A stretch of DNA of 61,924 bases, counting the filler, from Basidiobolus meristosporus CBS 931.73 (Eukaryota > Fungi > Basidiobolomycota), in the NCBI GenBank assembly GCA_002104905.1. It is 4 parts of 4 records of this genome, joined end to end, with 100 filler letters (N's around TTAATTAATTAA, not from the genome) between each part and the next. Parts side by side here need not be neighbours in the genome. Positions count along the whole stretch, not along the records: positions 47,657 to 61,924 come from MCFE01001182.1; 3 more parts are not named here. The stretch is one strand, 5' to 3'. The notes below the pieces were generated by a model, which saw only the letters and a list, made by a program, of their open reading frames with translations, was not told where the DNA came from and ran no database searches. A program made the translations under genes and the position numbers. This document shows positions 50,027-61,693 of this stretch, piece by piece (position 1 is the stretch's first letter; every line of letters starts with the position of its first letter).

Positions 50027-53000
50027 TGTTGTAAGAGCCTTGGAGATATTGGTAGTGATTGGTGTTGTAAGAGTCTTGGAGATATTGGAAGTGATTGGGA
50101 GAACATAGTAGATTATGTGGTTTTCACTTAATGATTTATTGATTGTAGAAGTAGTATTTATACTTTTACCTAGTCTTGGCATAACAAACACGTAGAATAG
50201 GTTAAGGAAGGTCCCAAGAACATGTGTGCAAAGTTTGGGGCTGTTTGGACAACTTTGAGAATTTTCATGTTCTGGGTACCTGGTATTTTGGTGAAAATAT
50301 TCTAAGTAAATCCCGACAAGGAATTTGGTCAGTATTCTCTAGGATTTGAAGGTAATGATCTAAGTGACTAAGTTAGGTGAATATTTAGGTGGAAATACAA
50401 ACTTTTACAACACTCCCACTCAGCTAAATGTTCATACTGACTAGTCCTAATTTTGACCTAAGATATTCAAACTTGTCACTAGCTAATGGTTTGGTAAATA
50501 TGTCTGCAATCATTTCATCTGTAGGACAGTAAACTAAGCTAACTAAGTTATTCTCTATAGCTTCACGTATGAAATGATGTCTAATATCTATGTGCTTGGT
50601 TCTAGCATGAAAAGTTGGATTTCTACCTAATTGTATACATCCTTGATTATCTTGAAATAAAGTAATAGGCGTTTTTTGACATAGGCCTAAATCTGTAAAG
50701 AGCTTTCTTAACCACATTGCTTCTTTTGTAGCTTCACAGGCTGCCATATACTCTGCCTCTGTAGTAGAAAGTGCTACGGTTGGTTGCTTTCTTGAATTCC
50801 ATGAAATTGCTCCTTTACAGTAAAGAAAGGTGTATCCTGTGGTGGATCTTCTGTCTTCTAAATTTTGTCCCCAATCAGCATCAGAGTATCCCACAAGATC
50901 CTGTTCTGAATCCTTATAAGTGTATCTTAAGCAGATATCAGCAGTTCCTTTTAGGTATCTAAAAATCCGCTTAACTGCTGCAATATGATCAGATCCATAA
51001 TTCTGATTATGTTGGCTGACAACTCCCACTGAATATGAGATATCTGGACGTGTTCCAAGCATGATATACATCAGACTGCCGACCATAGATTGATAAGGAA
51101 AGTCAGGGCTTTCAGATGGCACCAAGCTCTCTTGATTTGGTTGAGCTTTGACCAAGTTAAGATTTGTCTCCATTGGGGTAGCTGCTGGTTTACAGTCTTC
51201 CATTTTGTACTTCTTTAGTATATCTTGAATATACTTGGATTGGCTTAGGGTAATAGTCTGGGTACTTCTGTCTATGGAGAACTTAATCCCTAAGTAGTAA
51301 CTGAGTTCTCCTAGATCGGACATCTTGAACTCCTTAGATAGGCTGGATTTAGTCTCTTCCAATGTTTCTAGGTTATTGGCGGCTATAATAAGATCATCCA
51401 CATATAGAGCTAATAGAACTGGATTTGCTCTATCTGGCTTATAGTATATACTATAGTCAGCATTACTCCTTTTGAAACTCAAAGATTCCAAATAAGAATC
51501 TATCTTGCAATTCCAGGCTCTTGGTGATTGTTTGAGACCATATAGTGACTTTTTAAGCTTGCAGACCAAATGGGGGTTATCTTGGTCAACAAACCCATCA
51601 GGCTGGTCCATATACACGTCCTCATCAAGTTCTCCATTCAAAAATGCAGTTTTTACATCCATTTGATGAATAAAAAACTTATATTTGGCTGCAATAGCCA
51701 ATATTAATCTGATGGAATTAAACTTGGCTCCCGGTGCAAAGGTCTCAGTATAGTCAAGTCCTTTTGTTTGAGAGTATCCTTTGGCTACAAGTCTTGCTTT
51801 GTATCTTTCAATTGTACCATCAGCCTTGAACTTTGTCTTGAAGACCCATCTGCATCCAATTGATTTTCGGTTGATTGGTAATTTGACTAAGTCCCAAGTT
51901 TGATTTTCCATCAGGGCCTGATATTCCTCAGTCATTGCAGATCTCCAAAACTTTGTCTGAGGGCTATTTAGGGCCTCTTTTACAGTCTGGGGTTCATCAA
52001 TATGGACTGAATAGGCATAGGCTAAGTTTGTACCCTCATTGATATAGTAATTTGGGCTATTTCTTGTCCGATTGGATCTCCGGGCATTTGATACTGGAAT
52101 GATCACTTCTGGGATATTCCTGGGCACTGATTCTGGCTGAACCACGGTTGTAGAGTCCTCTGGAGTGAAAAAATTTTCATTGTTTTGCTCTGATTCAATC
52201 CTGACAATTTGGTGGACTTGAGATCAAATTTTTGTCATCATCTGATGTCATTTTTTGTGAAAATTTTGAATTTTCATCAAACAACACATCCCTGGACTTG
52301 ATCAGCTTCTTTGCTTCGGTATTGTAGAGTCTGTATGCCTTACTCTCATTGCAATAGCCCAAAAATATGCATTTTACACTTTTTGGCTCAAATTTTGACT
52401 GATTTCCGGCCAGTTTTTTGGCATATGCTGTACACCCAAATATTCTTAGATGTTCTGCACTTGGTCTGTATCCATACCATGCTTCAAATGGAGTAGAATC
52501 ACAAAGTATTCTGTTATAACTCCTATTTTTAAGATATACAGCAGTGGCAACTGATTCCGCCCAAAAATCATAGGATAATTTTTGATCATGGATCATAGAT
52601 CTTGCCATATCAATTATTGATCTGTTAGCTCGTTCTGCTACTCCATTTTGCTGTGGGGAGTATGGTACAGTAGTCTCTTGCTTTATCCCATGAATTTTGC
52701 AGAAGTGGATGAAGAGTTTTGAGGTATATTCTCCACCATTGTCAGAGCGTATTTTCTTGATTTTTTCACCAGTTTCTCTCTCCACCATGGCTTTAAACTC
52801 CCTGAGCTTAGACAGAGCTTCTTCCTTTCTCTCCATGAAGTAGACCCATGTGTATCTTGTATAATCATCAATAAAAGTGATTAAATACTTCATCCCGCCT
52901 AAGGATAAATTTTGCATAGGTCCACACAGATCTGAGTGAATTAGATCTAATTTTTTCTTAGTTTTGATTAACCCAGAGCTCTTGAACGGTTGTCTGGCTT

Positions 53001-55016
53001 GTTTCCCATATATGCAGGCTTCACAGTGCTCCAAAATAGCTGGGGGATCAATTTTCACTCCAGAAATTAGCTGATCTTTGATCATTTTACGCAAATAATC
53101 AAAGTTGATGTGTCCAAATCTCCTGTGCCAAAGCATTGGTGTTTCTTCATTTAAGTTACTTATATTGGCTTCCAGATATGATGCAATATAAGTCAACTTG
53201 TATAGGTTCTGATCTCTGATGCCCGAAGCAATATGAGCACCATTTTGATCAGTGATCCTGCATCCAGAATTGTCAAAACTGAAACTGAGTCCTTCTGCTG
53301 TGGCCTTGCTTACAGAGAGTAGGTTCTTGGCTATTTCTGGTACATAGAGTACTTCTTTAAAGGTCAGTGTATGGCTTCCTTCACTGCTTCTAAGGTTTAC
53401 TTGGATAGTTCCTTCTCCCACTGCATCAAGTGTTCTATTGTCACCCATGAAAACCTTCTTAATTGGAATTTCTTGATATTGGGTAAAAAGTTCTTTTTGG
53501 TGTGTAAAGTGTTGAGAAGCTCCAGAGTCAATATACCACGTCTGAGAATCCTTGTTTGTGGTCATATTTAGTGCAGATATGAATAGTCTATCTTCAGTTG
53601 TTGCAGCATTTCCATATTCAGGCTTCTTTTGCTGATAATCTCTCTTTTTGAGACACCGGTCTGATGTGTGTCCTTTCCTTTTGCAGTAGTTGCAAAATAG
53701 GTTGCTGTTGCCTTTGTAGGGTCTTGGGTACCTCCTTTGTTGGTTATCATTGCTTATTAAAGCATTTTCTTCTTCCTTCTTATTGGCGCTTGATTTTCTT
53801 AATTCTTCATCCAGGAGCCTTCCATATACGTAATTTAAGGTCAAATCTTCAGTTCTGGACTCTAGGGCTGATACAAGGCCCTGAAACTCGTCTGTCAGGC
53901 TATTCAGGATGGTAACTATCACATCCTCATCAGTAGTTGGTACGCCCACAGATTCCATCTCATCTACCAGCAGGGTAATTCTGTTAATTAGATTTTTCAT
54001 TTCTTCTCCTGGCAGCATCTTTGTAGTAAAGAATTTTCTTCTCAGATACATTTTCTTGGCAGCTGAACATGACTGGTAGGTGTCTTCTAATGCTTTCCAG
54101 GCATTCTTTGCCGTTTTTGCTCTTGAGCATTGAATTAGCAATTTGTCCTTGACATTAAGGCAAATGCAGTTAAAGGCACTTTGTTCTTTCTTCTGGTACT
54201 TTAAGGCTTCCTCTCCCACGTTTTTAGGAGGGCATTCTTCTCCCATGACAATATCCCAAAGGCCTCTTTCTTGTAGCAGCATCTTCATCTTCACCTTCCA
54301 CACTTGGTAGTTAGATCCATCCAACTTTTCAGCAGAGGGAAAAATTCCAGTAATAGCAGTAGTAGACATTGCAGAGAGTGACAGCTCAGGGCTCATAACC
54401 TGTTGTAAGAGTCTTGGAGATATTGGAAGTGATTGGGAGAACAAGTAGATTATGTGGTTTTCACTTAATGATTTATTGATTGTAGAAGTAGTATTTATAC
54501 TTTTACCTAGTCTTGGCATAACAAACACGTAGAATAGGTTAAGGAAGGTCCCAAGAACATGTGTGCAAAGTTTGGGGCTGTTTGGACAACTTTGAGAATT
54601 TTCATGTTCTGGGTACCTGGTATTTTGGTGAAAATATTCTAAGTAAATCCCGACAAGGAATTTGGTCAGTATTCTCTAGGATTTGAAGGTAATGATCTAA
54701 GTGACTAAGTTAGGTGAATATTTAGGTGGAAATACGAATTTTTACAACAATTGGGAGTACATGTAGATTATGTGGTTTTCATCTAATCATTGATTGCATG
54801 TAAAAGTAGTATTTATACGTTTACCTGGCTTTGACATAAGAGTATAAAGAACAGATTTAGTGCAATTCCAAAAACATGTGTGCAAAGCTTGGGGCTGTTT
54901 GGACAATTTTGAGAACTTTTCATGTGCTAGGTGCCTGGTATTTGGTGAAAATATTCTGAGTAGATCCCACCAAGGAATTTAGTCAGTATTCTATAAGATT
55001 TGTAGGTAATAACTTT
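50027..55016 (-). repeat. Older copia LTR (50027-50062 + 54750-~55016) split by the young element
   Basis: TGTTGTAAGAGCCTTGGAGATATTGGTAGTG[ATTGG] resumes as [ATTGG]GAGTACATGTAGATTATGTGG after the insertion. Confidence 0.85.
50063..54749 (-). mobile_element. Near-intact young Ty1/copia retrotransposon
   Basis: LTRs 54401-54749 and 50063-50412 (TGTTG..CAACA; I see about 3 differences); 5-bp TSD ATTGG; PBS GGTTATGAGCCC; PPT GCTGAGTGGGAG. gag-PR-IN (ATG 54369; CNYCKRKGHTSDRC, WYIDSGASQH, HSDLCGP, SDNGGEY) then RT-RH (YVDD, GYSDADW), with one frameshift near 52195. Confidence 0.97.
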
Positions 55017-55762
55017 GTTGTAAGAGTCTTGGAGATACTGGAAGTAATTTGGGAGGACAAGTAGGTTAAGTGGTTTCCACTCAATGTCTTACTCAATGTA
55101 AAAGTAGTATTTATACTTTTATATTGCTTTTGAATAAAAGCACATAAAATAGATGAAGAAAGGCTCCAAGAACATGTGTGCAAAGTTTGGGGCTGTTTGG
55201 ATAACTTTGAGAATTTTCATGTTCTGGGTACCTGGTATTTTGGTGAAAATAATCTGAATAAATCCAAAACAGGAATTTGGTCCGTATTCTCTAGGACTTG
55301 AAGGTAAAGATCTAAGTGGCTAAGTTAGGTGTGTATTTAGGTGGAATTACAAATTTTTACAATGCTCCCACTGACTAGTCCTAATTTTGACCTAAGATAT
55401 TCAAACTTGTCTCTAGCTAATGGTTTGGTAAATATATCTGCAATCATTTCATCTGAAGGACAGTAAACTAAGCTAACTAAGTCATTCTCTGTAGCTTCAC
55501 ATATGAAATGATGTCTTATATCTATGTGCTTAGTTCTAGCATGAAAAGTTGGATTTCTTCCTAACTGTATACATCCCTGATTATCTTGAAATGAAGTAAT
55601 AGGCATTTTTGACATAGGCCTAAGTCTGTAAAAAGCTTTCTTAACCACATTGCTTCTTTTGTAGCTTCACAGGCTGCCATATACTCTGCCTCTGAGGTAG
55701 AAAGTGCTACAGTTGGTTGCTTTCTTGAGATCCATGAAATTGTTCCTTATAGTAAACAAAGT
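55017..55762 (-). mobile_element. 3' LTR (55017-~55363) + PPT + RNase H end of a third copia copy
   Basis: ORF 55337-55648 (KHIDIRHHFI...DEMIADIFTKPL) matches 50424-52145; truncated by the gypsy LTR at 55763. Confidence 0.85.
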
Positions 55763-56198
55763 TGTTATGTATCAACATTTAAAACTTGGCCAATTTCACT
55801 CGATTAGAAAATCTAGTACCCTAACTGATTTTCCCTAACCCAAATATAACTAATCCCTGTTATAGTTTATTTTATCACTTCTCAGAATCTATCTTTAGCT
55901 GTCACACCTGATCAATTTTCATGTGGTCATTATGTCTTCAACTGATCTGTTAAGCCATTCCAAAGGATTAGTCATCTGAGATCCATCCAACCACTTAGTA
56001 GTTGTCAAGACATCAGCTGATTAATGATGCAATTTTTCATTTATCTTATGCACCTATCAACACCAAAACAGATTTCAATTAGTCCAGTCTCTTGGCACTT
56101 ACTAATTCAACTTGATAAGAAAAATATAAGTAAAGATTACTGAACCTTTTGGTTTAGTGTGTGTCTCAACAAAATTAAGATTGCGCCTCAGCAAAATT
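55763..56198 (+). repeat. Truncated LTR of the terminal gypsy family
   Basis: TGTTATGTATCAACATTTAAAAC... homologous to 57616-58045; stops at CAGCAAAATT. Confidence 0.88.
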
Positions 56199-56214
56199 TA
56201 GGGTTAGGGGGGGG
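56198..56214 (+). repeat. Interstitial telomere scar TTAGGGTTAGGG + G-run
   Basis: TTAGGGTTAGGGGGGGG lies exactly at the LTR/LINE junction. Confidence 0.75.
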
Positions 56215-57615
56215 AGACAGTCACCAACAGGTGAAATCTTTATTTCAGTTGAAACAAAGAAGCCAGCGCTACTGTTGTAGCTTTGATACAAGAGTGTGTA
56301 GCTGAGGGGAATTTGTAGGTAAGTTAATAAGAAGTGATGATAGTTCTTCAGTGCTCAAGACACTGTTCAGTGGGAAGGGGGGTAGCAAGAAAGGTAAGAA
56401 TGACTTGTGAACAACATTAATGAGGGGAATGTGATAAGGATTGATATTCATCATAAAGGGAGTGTGCTGCTGCAGATATTGCTGCCAAAGGTCTGTCAAG
56501 TACTTCAGGTAGGCCAGCTTGGGTTTTTCTGACTGCAGAATATAGTGAGCAAGCTTCTTGACTTCAAGATCTTCAAGTATAGTTCTCCAGCAGGAGTGAG
56601 GTGTAGTGTGGTGTGTTCTCTTCCAGGCCTTAATCAGTGGGTTGTTGCAGTTGTGAAGTCTGAGGTATAATCTGGTTCTAAGGTAGAGAAGTCTGATCTT
56701 ATAGGGCATAAACCCAAAAGCACCAAGAATAGCATGTCTGTAGGGGCATTCAGGTAAATGAGGCACCAAGGAGGTAATGCACCATACTGCAAACTTGTCA
56801 AGCTTAGTGCAGTTTCTAGAAGTAAGAGAGAGAAGTGGTAAGCCAAATTCCAGGACAGGGAAGACAAACTGCTTGAGTAGAAGGAGGCAGCTAGGAGCTG
56901 AAGTTGTAGGAGGAGTAACAGCCAGTAGCTTGTGGAGTGCCTGTCTTGCCAGGATAATTCTCTTCTTCAGGTGTGCTCCAGAGTCTAGTCCAGTTGGAAG
57001 GAAAGGAAAGCCAAGATATGTAGCAGAAACCTGAGCAGGTAGAGTGGAGTTCTCCAAGTTGATGGGAGAGCCCAAAGGTACTGTCTTTGCAATGGAAAGC
57101 TGGAGATTATTCTTCTGCAGATACTGGTGGATGGTCTGGGAGTCTTGTTGCACATTGGAGGAGGATATTCTGATGTCATCAGCAAAGAGAGTAACCAGGC
57201 AGTCAGCTGAGAGTCTTGGGAAATCATTCAGGAAGATGGCAAACAGTATAGGACCAAGCACAGAGCCTTGAACCACTCCATTAGGAACTGAGAACACAGC
57301 TGATTGCTCACTTGGGTGCAGAATTCTTGCTTGTGGATCCAGAAACAGAGACCTGACAAGGAGGGTGAGAGAGGTACTGGAGAAGCATTGCAACTTGGAC
57401 CAAAGCAGATTTCTGTCAACTGAATCAAAGGCTTTAGTAATATCAAACAGAACTGAGGGATGCTTGCACTGGAGAGAGTGATCTTGGCTAAGTATGACTG
57501 CATATTCCAAGGAGAGGCCAGGAACAAAGCCAAACTGTGCAGGATGAAACTTGAGGGAGTCAGAGTACAGCTCCTAAGCAAGCAGAAGCTCAAACACCTT
57601 TCTGCAGGTGGGCAG
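56215..57615 (-). mobile_element. Non-LTR retrotransposon (LINE) RT and 3' end, 5' part missing
   Basis: LPTCRKVFE..(one TAG)..HPAQFGFVPG...FDITKAFDSV...GVVQGSVLGPILF...LFADD...YLGFP; stop at 56269 and AATAAA in a short 3' UTR. Confidence 0.92.
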
Positions 57616-60600
57616 TGTTGTGCATCAACATTTAAAACTTAGCCAATTTTACTCCGTTTGAAAATCTAGTACCCTAACTGATTTTCCCTAACCCAAACAT
57701 AACAATTCCCAGTTACAGTTTATTTTATCCCACCTCAGAATCTATTTTTAGCTATCACACCTGATCAATTTTCAAATGGCCATTACGTTATCAACCTATC
57801 TGCCAAGCCTTCCCAGGTGATTAGTCATCTGAGATCTATCCAACCACGGTGCAGTTGCCAAGACATCAGTTGATTGATGATGTAATTTTCATTTATCTTA
57901 TGCACCTATGAACACCCAAATTTATCTCAATCAATCCAGTCCCTTGGCGCTTACTAATTCAACTTGATCAGAAAAGTATAAATAAAGTTTACTGAACCTT
58001 TTGGTTTAGTGTGTGTCTCAACAAAATTAAGATTCTGTCTCAGCAAAAATAAGAATCCAACAATTCCGTTCTAGTTTCTATCCAAGCCTAGTATATCTAG
58101 CACTCCAAAGAACACCAAGCCTAGCCTGCCTAGCAAACGAATATCATTGTCTTTATAGCCAACCCAGCTATATCCAAGACCAATATTAGATCAGAATTTT
58201 TCTGCTAATATTTCCGCCACTCTCTGACAATTCTAAGATTCTGCACTTAATTGTCCCTTTGGTTCAGTTAAACCATTCAAGAAGTTTTATTACACTTTCT
58301 CTTGGATACAACATTTTTTTCGTTGAATTCCATTACATTCAGCCAATTAGAAGATGTCCTCAGCAGCAAGCAATCCAAACCTTTCCATGTTGGAAGAGCC
58401 AGAAGAAATCAGGAAGAACTTACTGAACAGCTTGAAAACATCATGCTTGAAAGAAATACCATGATGCTTGAGCACTCAAAGCTTGCCAAAACAAGATCGG
58501 ATAATCACCGTAGAGATGAACTCCTTGAAGTTATATCCGGTTACCAAGATGAAATTGGAATAATTAAGGATGCACTGGAGAATATTGCCATAGTAATTGA
58601 CAGCATTGAAAATCCGCCAAGCCTTGCTCTGCATCAGCCACCAAGAAGTCATGCCTTTGAATCCTCAGATCTACATCTCCTTCTAGACCTGCCCTGGTGG
58701 TTGTCCCAAGATCCTTGCCTGTTTATGCTGAAGGCACCAATGCCATCAAGAATCCAACTGAGTTTCTTTACAAGTTCAGTCACGTCTTAGCTGCACACCA
58801 GCTAGACCCTGACACCAACTGGGCTAGACTTCTGCCTCTCTGTCTCACAATGCAAGATGCTGACTGGGTTGAAGTGAACATTCCTTCCAATAGTACGTGG
58901 AAAATTGCCCAAAACCTCTTTTGCAGCCATTTTGAAGATCCTCTCAAGAAAGCACATCTGAACTGCGACTTATGGAAAACTAAAATGCAAAAAGGTGAAT
59001 CTGTGCAACACTTCTGTGATAGATTCCAAAGACAAATGAGATTAGCTGGAGTTAGTGATGATAATCCATTGCTTACTGCTCATTTTCTTTCAAACTTTTC
59101 ACACCAGCTACAGAGCAATATTGCTATTGTCAAAGCATGCAACCCTGCACGTACCTATGACCAGATCTCAGAGATATGTACACTGGCAATCACCTTGACT
59201 GCAGCTGTTAGCCAGACTTCAGGCAACTCAACCCAATATCCCACAACAGCCGGAAAAGAGACCAGTCATGTGATCAAGAAGCAATCAACTGCTACCAAGC
59301 ACTGTGAGCTTCATGGAAAATGCTATCATTCTACCAGTGAATGCAAAGGCATCACCAAGCAGTCAAACAAGTCAGGAAATACCGCAGAAAAGCAGCAAAA
59401 CACCAAAACTGATAATCCATATGCTGATGACAAGTGCTTTAAATGTGGAAATATGGGACATAGATCACCTGCCTGTCCTGAGAAGAACTCCACACCATCC
59501 GCCAAAATTACCCAGATCCTTGATGATCATTCAGCCAATGATACAATGGGGTATGAAGAAGCATATGAAGAACTTACAGTTCAAGATTATCACAACCTCT
59601 TTGAGTTTCCGGCTAAAATTGCAACTGTTCAAGAAAAGAAGCAACCAATCACGCAGCTCAAAGCCATAGAAGTGCCACTCACCCTCAATGGCCAATCATA
59701 TGTAGCACTACTGGATACTGGATCATCCAACTCTATTGTATCACCCAATGTAGTCAGAGAACTCAATTTGGAGATAGAAAAACGTCCAGGAAAAATCATT
59801 CTTGCAGCTAAGGATCTCTCAGCCCCAAGAATTGGCATTACCAACCCAATCAACATACATTGTGGCTCAGTAACCATAATCCATCAGATGGAAGTGATTG
59901 ACATACCAGATGGACCTCAGGTAGTAATTGGTCTGGACACCTTCAGCAAACTTGGCTTTCACATAGGCGGACTACCAGTTTCCTATCCAGGAATCACTAA
60001 ATCTCAGCCACTCATAATGGATCAAATCCCAGAAATTATCTCATCCCAACCAGAAGAAGAAGAATTAACCCCAACTTTTCAAGAATATTCTCAATCAGTC
60101 AAATTGGATATTCAGCCGGCCATAGAGAGAAATCAGGCCATTCCAAGGAACAGCTTCTGCACCATCCCAGAATCCATTGTTACACTAGAGACCCCACCTG
60201 GTGAGTCAACATGGAGGAGGCAATACCCAATTCCGCATTCATGTCAACACTTAGTTGATGAGATAGTCCAAAAATGGGCTGACAATGGAATTATCACTCA
60301 AGCCCCTGTCAACACAACATTCAACAGCCCTTTGACGCTTGCACCAAAGAAAGATGCTGATGGAAATCTAACCTTGAAGAGACCCTGTTTGGACCCCAGA
60401 CCTCTGAACAAGCTTCTCCAAGATGACAAGTTTCCAATTCCAAGAATCCAAGATATCTTTTCCGCACTATCAGGAGCAAAAGTATTCTCCAAGTTGGACC
60501 TGAAGGACGCATATCACCGATTCCAGATCCATCCTGATCACCAGCATAAGACTGCCTTCACTTGGAATAATATGCAATGGATGTTTCAGGGAGCTCCCTT

Positions 60601-61693
60601 TGGCCTAAAGACACTTACCAGCAAGTTTCAGAGAGTCATGACTATAATACTCAAGAATGCACCATACGCATTGGTATTTGTTGATGATGTCATCATATTT
60701 TCCACTAACCGTGATGATCATGCAACCCATGTCACTGATGTAATCAACAGACTGACAACTGCTGGACTGATTCTCAATGCTAAAAAATGCAGTTTTGCCC
60801 GCCTCAAAATCAATCTACTTGGATTTATAGTCACACCAGCTGGCCACCAATTAGATCCTTTCAAACTGGTCAATATCCCAGAATGGCCAAAACCCACTAG
60901 CGCCAAGCAACTTCAACATTATCTTGGAGTATTCAACTATTTCAGGGAACACATACCACTCATGTCCTCATTGAGTGCCCCTTTAGATGCATTACGCCAT
61001 AGCCCTGATCTCACCTCAGCCTGGAACAAGACTCATGACCAAGCCTTTGAGTCACTCTGCCAACTGCTTCCACAAGCACCCACCTTATCCTACCCAGACT
61101 TTGCTAAGCCCTTTGTTGTTGCTACGGATGCATCTAATGTTGGGTTAGGGGCAGTCCTCTATCAAGATGAAGACCAAAATCCGCCTCACTGGATCTCTTT
61201 CCAAGCCAGGTCCCTACAACCTGCTGAGAGAAACTACTCTGCTACCAAGAAGGAGCTACTTGCCATAGTCTTTGCCTTGAAGAAGTTTCATCAGTATCTA
61301 TGGGGTAATCCTTTTACCTTGTACACTGACCACCAAGCCCTTGTCTATATCCACACTCAGAAGACTCTGACTCCAATGCTTACCAACTGGCTTGATACTC
61401 TACTTGATTATGAATATACAGTTATTCATCGCCCAGGAATTCTCAACATCCTTCCTGACCACCTGTCAAGACTTTTTCCAACTTCACCTTGGGAGCGACA
61501 TGTGATTACTGATGTAATCAGTAAACTCTCTACAACTTCCAAAATAATTCCTCAACTGGATTCAGCAACTTGGAAAGTCCCACCTGAAGAACAAAGGAAA
61601 ACATTGATACAGAGGAGTCATTTACTTGGCCACTTTGGAGCTGACACACTTATGAAGAAGCTACACTCTGATGGATATCACTGGCCAAATATC
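57616..61693 (+). mobile_element. Ty3/gypsy retrotransposon: 5' LTR 57616-58313, gag-PR-RT-RH and start of IN, terminally truncated
   Basis: LTR TGTTGT..ACAACA; CFKCGNMGHRSPAC; LLDTGSS; FSKLDLKDAYHRF; PFGLK; FVDDVII; ATDASNVGLGAVL; HLLGHFG..GYHWP. One frame break near 58650-58700. Confidence 0.97.
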
